From a virus (lineage: Duplodnaviria > Caudoviricetes): a stretch of DNA of 64,000 bases. The stretch lies in the IMG/VR virus record IMGVR_UViG_3300032092_000001; one strand, written 5' to 3'. Positions within the stretch are counted from its first letter, which is position 1. Every line of letters begins with the position of its first letter. Positions 1 to 8,054 of this stretch are shown piece after piece. The notes beneath the pieces are model-generated. The model was not told the DNA's origin and made no database searches. It saw only the letters and a program-made list of their open reading frames with translations. Position numbers and translations under genes: made by a program.

Positions 1-2
1 AC

Positions 3-734
3 AACAAAAACTTATTGTGGACCTTTAGAAAATGTATTGATTCAGTACTTTCTGATGTTTACGGTGAAAACTATTATGAAAAAGGAGAATATGCACCAGG
101 TGAAATGTCAGGTGTATATGATATTGATGGAATTAAGGGACGTTCAGTTTTAAATAAATTAAATACAAACATTATTGGTTTTGTAATTTTACTTCATGAT
201 ATTAATAAAGCAGTTGTAAAAATGGGTGAACCTGAAATAACTTTAGTTGGGAAAACACCAAAAGAACAAATTAATGAGGTTTATAGATTTTGTAATTACA
301 TAAAAAAATACAAAAATAGAATTTTCCCATCATCTAATACTTTAACAAATATTATGAATATTTTAACTAAAACTCATAATAAAGGTGAAAGTAATGAATC
401 ATTTGTTAACACATTACTAAAGAAAAAATTAGGTGATGAAAATGTTAAAACTGTAGGTAAATTGGGTAGTGAGCAAGATATGAGTGGAGGTGTTGATATC
501 ATTTTAACAATTGACGGTGTGGATAAGACAGGACAAGTTAAACCCATTTATTCAATAACACAATCTGAAGGTGAATACGTAATCAAAATAAAAGGATTTG
601 TAAAAGATTATAAAACCGATTTATTAATTTTCACCGACAATAAAAAAGTTTATGTATTTGATAATAAAAATGTAGACGCTTCAGGGGACCATTTTAAAAT
701 ACCATCAGACAATTTAATTTATGAACTAGTTTGA
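3..734 (+). CDS. 5'-truncated protein with PD-(D/E)XK nuclease-like C-terminal domain
   Basis: Frame is open from base 3 (AAC AAA AAC TTA TTG), so the true start lies outside the window. GVDIILTIDGVDKTGQVKP resembles the D...QxK motif of restriction-endonuclease-fold proteins. Confidence 0.45.
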   Translation, partial: NKNLLWTFRKCIDSVLSDVYGENYYEKGEYAPGEMSGVYDIDGIKGRSVLNKLNTNIIGFVILLHDINKAVVKMGEPEITLVGKTPKEQINEVYRFCNYIKKYKNRIFPSSNTLTNIMNILTKTHNKGESNESFVNTLLKKKLGDENVKTVGKLGSEQDMSGGVDIILTIDGVDKTGQVKPIYSITQSEGEYVIKIKGFVKDYKTDLLIFTDNKKVYVFDNKNVDASGDHFKIPSDNLIYELV

Positions 735-741
735 TATTTAT
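735..741 (+). promoter_or_regulatory. putative late promoter TATTTAT
   Basis: TATTTAT 17 nt before the ATG at 759; the same motif precedes 11 other genes. Confidence 0.65.
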
Positions 742-758
742 AGATAAAATATCATACT

Positions 759-1880
759 ATGGGAGTTATTGCAGAACCTGAAAGAAGTGATTTATTCACA
801 AAGGTCAGACACATTTTAGGAGCCCCTCTACGTTCAATTGAACTTGAGGACGAACAAATGGATACACTATTGGAATTTTCAATTGGTGATTATTCTCAAT
901 ACGTTCAGGATTGGTTAATTCAATCACAATGGTCTAATTTATACAATCTTAATATTGAGACTCAATCAGTCGCACAAGCTTTTTTAAGTAGAGATTTTGA
1001 CTATACCAACAGATATATGCAAGCATATTCTAAAATTGTTGGTTTACAAACAAATGGAGACGCCGTACTTAAAAAAGATTTTATTACATTAGTGCCCGGA
1101 CAACAAATTTATGAAATACCTGCGGGTAGAGAAGTTAATGAATTATTATGGTTTACACCAGCGGCACAAAATAACATTTTATTTGACCCTTGGAGTTTTG
1201 GGTCTTTAGGAGGATATGGTTTAGGTGGTCCAGCAGGTTATTCACAAATGGGTTACACCGGCTCATATTTCATGATGCCAGGTTTTGATATGTTATTAAG
1301 AATGCAAGAAATTAATATACAAAGAAGAATTATTGCAGGTGATTTAACATATAGAATGACAGCATTACCTGAAGGTAAAAAGGCAATACATTTAATGCAA
1401 ACACCAGGTGGAAAATTTGACTTTGGTAATTCCGAATTAAAAAATATGCAAGTTTGGTATTGGTATTATGAAGTTGAAGTCGGAAATGCCGACCAACAAA
1501 ATGCTTGTTATAACGCCAATCCTGAAATTATTAAATTACCATCTGATGTACCATTGGCACCTTTAAGATGGGAAGACTTAAACAATCCCGCAAAACAATT
1601 TGTTAGAAGGTGGTTTATTGCGAGTTGTAAAGAAACTTTATCGAAAGTAAGAGGAAAATATTCAGGTAATTTAAAAACTCCTGATTCTGAACTTACAATG
1701 GACTATCAATCCTTAGCAACTGAAGGTAAAGATGAAAAGGCTAAATTAGAAGAAAACTTAAAATTAAGACTTGATGGATTAGCACCTAAGACATTCAGTG
1801 AAACTAACGCAGCAATTACTGAAAACCTAAATAAAGAACTTAAACTAAGAGCATTCCCAAGAGGATTGTATGTAATCTAA
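759..1880 (+). CDS. gp13: neck protein, T4 gp13-like
   Basis: N-terminal RHILGAPLRSIELEDEQMD and C-terminal KVRGKYSGNLKTPDSELTMDYQSLATEGKDEKAKLEE match gp13-family motifs. Confidence 0.8.
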   Translation: MGVIAEPERSDLFTKVRHILGAPLRSIELEDEQMDTLLEFSIGDYSQYVQDWLIQSQWSNLYNLNIETQSVAQAFLSRDFDYTNRYMQAYSKIVGLQTNGDAVLKKDFITLVPGQQIYEIPAGREVNELLWFTPAAQNNILFDPWSFGSLGGYGLGGPAGYSQMGYTGSYFMMPGFDMLLRMQEINIQRRIIAGDLTYRMTALPEGKKAIHLMQTPGGKFDFGNSELKNMQVWYWYYEVEVGNADQQNACYNANPEIIKLPSDVPLAPLRWEDLNNPAKQFVRRWFIASCKETLSKVRGKYSGNLKTPDSELTMDYQSLATEGKDEKAKLEENLKLRLDGLAPKTFSETNAAITENLNKELKLRAFPRGLYVI

Positions 1881-2215
1881 TGCCAATACAAAAATCAATA
1901 CCGATGGAACGGGTAATTTCAGGTGTTGTACTTAAAACATCTGAAATTTGTATTGTATCTGATAACCAATATACAACTGAAGGTGAATCAGTAATTGTAA
2001 CTAAAGTAGTTGACAACTGTGAAGTTATAATTAATCACAATAACACCGACCACGTAATAATTAAGGCTCTTACAAACACAAAAATCAAACCCATTGAGGG
2101 TTTGATTGATGAGGAGTTTAATGAAATTAATATTGAAAAGGGAGCTTGTGTTGAATTGTACTATGCATTTGGTTCTTGGTACGTAGTCTCATCAGACGGT
2201 ATTAAATCTAATTAA
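1880..2215 (+). CDS. hypothetical, probably virion-associated small beta protein
   Basis: 111-aa ORF coupled to gp13 (TAATG); ends in CVELYYAFGSWYVV, a fibre/baseplate-like motif. Confidence 0.5.
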   Translation: MPIQKSIPMERVISGVVLKTSEICIVSDNQYTTEGESVIVTKVVDNCEVIINHNNTDHVIIKALTNTKIKPIEGLIDEEFNEINIEKGACVELYYAFGSWYVVSSDGIKSN

Positions 2216-4992
2216 ACCATCTCCTCCCACCCTTCTTCAGCAAGTTTGTAAATATATTCAGGGTCAATACCTCGTTTACCCCAGTACACCTTCTCTTGTT
2301 CTGTAATAGTTAATAAGTCTTCAATACTATCTTGGTCTGCAGGTTCAAAAGGGACACCATTAATTAATTTACATTGGTCTTTGGTGAATAAACCTCTGTC
2401 TTTAGGGTCAGTAACGATTAGATTGTTTCTTACTTCCTCACCAAATACAATTAACAATGGTTCAATTCTTTTATTAAATGTGACAATTGCTCTTGCCACG
2501 TTGTATTCACCTGTCATATTAGGATTTGACTCCAATTCAGATGGGTTAAGACGGTAACAGTTAAGTTGAATTGTTGAACCTAAAACAGGAGGTTTTCCGT
2601 GAAGAGCGGTGTAAGCGTCTTTATCTTTCTTACTCATCTTATCATTAACTTTCTGAACGTCTCCGTGAGAAGCTTTCACACCGTTATTAACATAGAATAT
2701 TACATCACCTAAACTCACTGCAATACCATCACGGATTGCCAATTCCATATGAGCCATACGAGACATCTCATTACCAGCTTTGGTCTTTTCCTTTGAACGT
2801 TTTTTATAATCGTCAATTGATAACTTAACCTTTGCTCTTTGGGCAATCTTCATTAATGGAATTTGTTGGTTAAAAATTACTTCCAAGTATTCGTAATACC
2901 ATTCAACAAATGATTGACCGTCACCTTCTAACAACATCTTAATTCCCTTATCCAAAAAGTCCTCAATATAAAGTGGTAGTTTCTTACTCTTGATTGAGTT
3001 ACCTGTAAGTTTAATCTTCCCATTATGTTCCATTGTTGCATAGTTCTTACGAGCAATATTCATACAAGATTTCCAAGTACCATCGCAATCAAGACCCATC
3101 GCACCTTTCATAAACATATCGTTAAATTCGGCAACATCAGCATCATAACCTGTATATTCCTTACCGGCTTTAACCAACCAATTGTTACCCTTACCGATAT
3201 ATCTTCTATCACCCACACCACCTTCAGGTAATGAGAAGTTCATACCATCCGTATCACACACAAGTGGAGTATAACCTCGTTTCATAAAGAAACGTAACAT
3301 CTGACGGAGATACTGTCTACCGGTACATGTAATCTGTTCACCCATATACATATCACCCCAGTGATATACCTGTGGAGCTGATAGAGCTCCAAACATACTA
3401 TTAATGAATATCTTAATCGGTAATTGTTTTCTATCGTAAGAGGTTGCTTGTTTTTTATCAATATCCTGATATTCCTTAGCCAAGTTTTTATACTTAATAC
3501 GAGTATTACGGAAGTAATTTAACATTCCCTTCATTGCACCTGTGATATCACAAGTTGGGAATACGTCATGTACCAACTGTATTGAAGGATAAAGTGACGA
3601 GAAGTCAAGTTTCAATACATCGGTTGAATAACCTACTTTAAGTAGTCGTGATAAACCCCCGACAAACTCTGTTTTCTCATTCTTTGCAGGAATGGCCAAT
3701 TTGTGTTTGTAGGACCATGCTCTCATTTGGATTTCCCACAATGTCGCAGTTCCCATAGTAGAAACCCTTTCATATGTTGTTGGGACCAATGATGCAAGTA
3801 GGAATGAACCTTGGTTGAATTCTTCATCCACAGTTAATGTTTCCTCCAAGTCATCGTCAAGATATCTCTCAACCAAATCGTCACCTGTTGTTTTAATATA
3901 GACGTTTGAGTGTTTAGAACATGCTTCGTCAATTGCAGGGTCAACACCCACTTTCTTATATTTTCCGTTTTGGATGTTTAACCAATACTCTTCTTTCTTT
4001 GCATAGAATGGACCAATATCTGTGTGGTCTATATAAACACGGTCAGGAGCTTCAGCTTTAATATATTGGGTGATGTACTTCAAACCCGCAGATTTAATTG
4101 ATGAATTGATTGCCTGAGCTCTTCTAACTGCATGTAATGTATCCACAACGTTATACCCCCACATAGATGTCTGATTGAATCTCTCAACCTCGTTTGCAAG
4201 TTTCAACATACTTTCAGATTGTTTGATGGGGTTGATTGGATTAAGGGTTTTGGCAACTTTCTTAATATCCAACTTTAAAGCTTTAGCCCTTTCAAATATC
4301 CAAAACCAGTCAAAGTTAAATCCGTTGTAAGAAGCGATAATACTTGGTTTGAGTTCATCTATGGTATTAAAGAATTTGATAATACCTTCTCTTTCTTGTT
4401 CTTCAGTTGAGCATTCAATAACTTGACTAAAACCTTTATTGGTCTTCATCCCTATCATAAAAATACGACCATCCTTTGGTTCTAATGCGGTCGTCTCCAA
4501 GTCAAATACAAACCTCGTGATACTATTGTAATCGTCAAACCCTTTGAATAGACGTTTCTCTTTTGTAACCAAGAATTGCTCAACTGGTGGTAGAATAAGA
4601 ATCAATCCTTTGGTTTTTTCACCCCAAGGGTCTACACCACCATCTCTAAAGAATTGTATCAAGGAACGATATCCATTTAAAGATTTAACCATAAATGTTA
4701 ATCCTTTCTCTAATCTCTCATTACCATCAGTACGTAATTTTTCAATGACAATCTTATGTTTTGTCATCGCTTCTTTTTGTAATGCTTTTGATGATTGATA
4801 GAAGTTTAATCCACGTAAGTCACCAACCCAAGCAAATGGGACAAAGGTGTCTTTTTTAATTTGTTTTCCGTGAATTGGGTGTTCTATAATTTTCCAAACA
4901 CAATCTTTGACGTAATCGTATTCTACTCCGATGATGTATTTTTCATCGTCATTTCCTTGTAGGAAATTCTCAATTTCTTCATTTGATATCAT
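2212..4992 (-). CDS. polB: family B DNA polymerase with 3'-5' exonuclease domain
   Basis: Exo FDLETT and YNGFNFDW; pol motif A LDFSSLYPS, motif B KIFINSMFG, motif C CDTDG. No intein evident. Confidence 0.97.
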   Translation of the reverse strand: MISNEEIENFLQGNDDEKYIIGVEYDYVKDCVWKIIEHPIHGKQIKKDTFVPFAWVGDLRGLNFYQSSKALQKEAMTKHKIVIEKLRTDGNERLEKGLTFMVKSLNGYRSLIQFFRDGGVDPWGEKTKGLILILPPVEQFLVTKEKRLFKGFDDYNSITRFVFDLETTALEPKDGRIFMIGMKTNKGFSQVIECSTEEQEREGIIKFFNTIDELKPSIIASYNGFNFDWFWIFERAKALKLDIKKVAKTLNPINPIKQSESMLKLANEVERFNQTSMWGYNVVDTLHAVRRAQAINSSIKSAGLKYITQYIKAEAPDRVYIDHTDIGPFYAKKEEYWLNIQNGKYKKVGVDPAIDEACSKHSNVYIKTTGDDLVERYLDDDLEETLTVDEEFNQGSFLLASLVPTTYERVSTMGTATLWEIQMRAWSYKHKLAIPAKNEKTEFVGGLSRLLKVGYSTDVLKLDFSSLYPSIQLVHDVFPTCDITGAMKGMLNYFRNTRIKYKNLAKEYQDIDKKQATSYDRKQLPIKIFINSMFGALSAPQVYHWGDMYMGEQITCTGRQYLRQMLRFFMKRGYTPLVCDTDGMNFSLPEGGVGDRRYIGKGNNWLVKAGKEYTGYDADVAEFNDMFMKGAMGLDCDGTWKSCMNIARKNYATMEHNGKIKLTGNSIKSKKLPLYIEDFLDKGIKMLLEGDGQSFVEWYYEYLEVIFNQQIPLMKIAQRAKVKLSIDDYKKRSKEKTKAGNEMSRMAHMELAIRDGIAVSLGDVIFYVNNGVKASHGDVQKVNDKMSKKDKDAYTALHGKPPVLGSTIQLNCYRLNPSELESNPNMTGEYNVARAIVTFNKRIEPLLIVFGEEVRNNLIVTDPKDRGLFTKDQCKLINGVPFEPADQDSIEDLLTITEQEKVYWGKRGIDPEYIYKLAEEGWEEMV

Positions 4993-5058
4993 AAATTAAA
5001 CTTTAATTGGTGTATTAGCTTCCGCAGTTATAGGTCGGAGTTTACCTTAATTGGATTA

Positions 5059-5087
5059 AGTTTAATAAATGAAAAAGGTTAAGTCAA
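5059..5087 (-). promoter_or_regulatory. sigma70-like promoter of DNA polymerase
   Basis: Minus strand TTGACT (5087-5082), 17-nt spacer, TAAACT (5064-5059). Confidence 0.65.
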
Positions 5088-6626
5088 ATCCGTCAAAGAC
5101 ATGCCTATCCAGTCAGTTCTTAAATTGGCGGCATTGTCAGTATTTAAGGCCGCGCTTGAGTTATATGCAGTGTAAAATGAATTACCCGGAATTCCAATTA
5201 CATCATTACCTGAATAATAAATTCTATCATGTATTACATAATTATCTTCAGTAGTACCTCCTGTATTAAAAAAGAAAGTCACATTTCCTTGTGTATCACC
5301 TGAAGGGGATTTAGAATATAACCCTAAATAAACATAATTAGAAGATTGTACTATGGTATTTGTTAATGTGGATGAACTTATAGTTGTAGTACCTCCACTA
5401 TTCTGTACCATGTATCTTACGTTAGTTGGATTACCACTGTAATCAATTAACCAAAATGTTCCCCCTCCAACATTCGGAGGGTTTAATGGATTTGATGAAG
5501 TTGTTGCAGAATACGCTAAATTACAATTATTCATATCTGTACCAATAATAGTTGCAGTATTAGATGTGGGTGAAAATGATTGTTGTGATGATACGTATAT
5601 TTTTGAAACGTATGAAAAACTAGTTCCTGTTTGGTTTTGAAATCCTCCACTAAAAATATCGCATCCGACTTTTATCCTTCCATTAACATTTGACACTCTA
5701 TTTGTAAAAAACCTTAAAATACCTGTATTTCCATCACCTCTCCACCCTGCAGAACCTGATGTTGTAGTTCCAGTGTTAGCATTTGCGGTACCAGTTATTA
5801 TAAATTTATTTGTGCTATATGGAGCTGTTTGAGGAACTGGAAAATCGGCACCTGCCTGTTGTATACCAGGTATTCCATATAAGTCATCAAATACACTAAA
5901 TCCCATATTTAATGTTAAATCAACCATTCTCCAAACGCCAGTAAATGAATCATACATAAATGTGATTGTTTGCTTTGGGTGTAAAAAATATGAACGATTA
6001 TTATTTAATAAAAATCTGTTTGTTAAACTACTACTATTCCCGTTATTTTCAAGTATAATTAAGTAATCACCCACATTTGTTATTTTTGCGATTCTTCCTG
6101 AGGTACCTCCTGATAACCCTGATATTTTTATAACATTTGTAGGATTTATTCTAATTTGTGTTGCTCTATTAGGGTATTCTTCAGACCACCCATTAGGGTT
6201 TAAATTATTTAATGAATAATTTGCATCTCCACCCGTAGTCAAAGAAATAACCCCCACCTCAAGAGCCCCAATTACCGCAGAAATTGTAAATTGAGTTGAT
6301 GAAGATGATGTAACAATGTTTGTTCCTGCGGATATAACTCTTTCATTAGATAACAATGAACTCGCACTATAAACTATTAATGGAGAATTAGTTGGTACTT
6401 TAGTATTAATTTGAGTTTGTACATTACCAGTCAAACCACTTAAATATGAAAATTCAGTGTTACTAACAAAATTTGGTATTTCTCCTAATGTTGACCCTGT
6501 ACCAATATATTTAGCATCAATTACCCCAAAAAAAGTTGATGCCGTAATAGTTGATGAGGATATTGAATTACTTATTGAATTTCCATCAACATTCAAATTA
6601 CCGTAAATATTATAAATTTGTCCCAT
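5079..6626 (-). CDS. tail fibre / receptor-binding-like protein
   Basis: Ser/Thr/Gly/Asn-rich. SNTEFSYLSGLTGNVQTQIN fibre-type motif. N-terminal half paralogous to 6639-8054; distinct beta-rich C-terminus. Confidence 0.6.
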   Translation of the reverse strand: MGQIYNIYGNLNVDGNSISNSISSSTITASTFFGVIDAKYIGTGSTLGEIPNFVSNTEFSYLSGLTGNVQTQINTKVPTNSPLIVYSASSLLSNERVISAGTNIVTSSSSTQFTISAVIGALEVGVISLTTGGDANYSLNNLNPNGWSEEYPNRATQIRINPTNVIKISGLSGGTSGRIAKITNVGDYLIILENNGNSSSLTNRFLLNNNRSYFLHPKQTITFMYDSFTGVWRMVDLTLNMGFSVFDDLYGIPGIQQAGADFPVPQTAPYSTNKFIITGTANANTGTTTSGSAGWRGDGNTGILRFFTNRVSNVNGRIKVGCDIFSGGFQNQTGTSFSYVSKIYVSSQQSFSPTSNTATIIGTDMNNCNLAYSATTSSNPLNPPNVGGGTFWLIDYSGNPTNVRYMVQNSGGTTTISSSTLTNTIVQSSNYVYLGLYSKSPSGDTQGNVTFFFNTGGTTEDNYVIHDRIYYSGNDVIGIPGNSFYTAYNSSAALNTDNAANLRTDWIGMSLTDLT

Positions 6627-6638
6627 ACTAATATATAA

Positions 6639-8054
6639 TTATCTTGAACCTTGATTTCCCAACCAGTCTACGAATAATTTAGGTTCATGTCCTGGAGTTG
6701 AAGTACTTACTGATAAATTTAATCCTGACTTTTCATATCCTACATTAGAACTAACATAAAAATCCCATATGTAATGTCTACCATCAAAAGAATGAAAAAA
6801 CCATACTTGTCCATTGGCATTAACGTAGATACCTAAATAAATCCAATTATTAACAGTGTAACTTAAAGGTATTGAAGATACTAATGTCACAATATCTGAA
6901 ATATTACTTGAACTTGTGTAATACGCACAATACCAATTTGTGGTATTTGTGACAGTAGTTGATGTAATTGGTGTTACCCATTTAGGTGATGTGTCTGTTA
7001 TAATATATTGTCCCGCACTACTATTTCTAAATTCCGATTTAAAAGATAAATTTATTGAATTTAATTGTAATCCAAATCCAGTATCTTTATTTATTCTTAT
7101 TTTTGCAACCCCACAAGATTGGGAATATGGTAAAAAATTTCTTCCAGGTCTAATTGTTACTGAATTTGGAATCGATAACGGAGCCGCCGGGTTATTTACC
7201 GAGACACTTGCAACACCATCTGAATTTGAAAATCCCGTACTAGTTATTGTACCATTTAATGTTTGTATAGCAAATGGCCCTAAATTACCCCAAGTTGAAA
7301 ATCTTGGGATTAAATTAGGTCTGACAAAAAAATCTGAAAATTCGTTAAACCCTTTGTCTTCTGATATGTCGTCAATATTTCTCCACCCAAATAAATCATC
7401 ATATATTAAACTAATCGTTCTGTTTTTTACAAGAAAATATGCTAAATTAGAATTAAAATAAAATTGGTTTCCGATTGTAGTTGCAGTTGAGTTGTGCTCT
7501 AAAATGATTAACCCATTACTTAAATTTGTTAAAACCGCAATTCTACCGTTTTGACCTCCGTACAACCCTGATATAATTGAATTTTGATTTCCTGTAAATA
7601 TAATTTGAGTTGACCGATTATTAACATTAGATTCCCAATTAGTTGGATTAAAATTAGTAATTGCGCTTTGCGCAGAAGTTAAAGTAACGGTAATTGCACT
7701 AACCTCAACCGAAGGGAAACTTGCAGAAATACCTAAATGTGAATTGGTATATTCAAAATTTATATTATTCCCACTTGAGATAACTCTATCATTTGTTAAA
7801 AAATCGTCAGATTGGAATGTTAATAGTCTTTCTGTTCTATTAACTAAATTATTTAATTGAGTTTGTGTGTTTGAAGTTAAACCACTAACATAACTAAATT
7901 CTTGATTTGTAACATTTTGATTTCCAACATAAGTTGCCGATAAACTACCACCATAAAAAGTCCCTGCAGATATTGTTGTTGCAGATACAGACTGAGAAGT
8001 CCAACCTGAATTAACAATTAATGGATGATATATGTTGTGAGTATTAAATGACAT
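6639..8054 (-). CDS. tail fibre / receptor-binding-like protein (paralog of 5079-6626)
   Basis: TNQEFSYVSGLTSNTQTQLN and ISGLYGGQNGRIAVLTNLSNGLIILEHN align with the neighbouring ORF. Confidence 0.6.
   Translation of the reverse strand: MSFNTHNIYHPLIVNSGWTSQSVSATTISAGTFYGGSLSATYVGNQNVTNQEFSYVSGLTSNTQTQLNNLVNRTERLLTFQSDDFLTNDRVISSGNNINFEYTNSHLGISASFPSVEVSAITVTLTSAQSAITNFNPTNWESNVNNRSTQIIFTGNQNSIISGLYGGQNGRIAVLTNLSNGLIILEHNSTATTIGNQFYFNSNLAYFLVKNRTISLIYDDLFGWRNIDDISEDKGFNEFSDFFVRPNLIPRFSTWGNLGPFAIQTLNGTITSTGFSNSDGVASVSVNNPAAPLSIPNSVTIRPGRNFLPYSQSCGVAKIRINKDTGFGLQLNSINLSFKSEFRNSSAGQYIITDTSPKWVTPITSTTVTNTTNWYCAYYTSSSNISDIVTLVSSIPLSYTVNNWIYLGIYVNANGQVWFFHSFDGRHYIWDFYVSSNVGYEKSGLNLSVSTSTPGHEPKLFVDWLGNQGSR

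Noticed and set aside
6940-7461. 173-aa plus-strand ORF
   Set aside because: Antisense shadow of the fibre gene 6639-8054.
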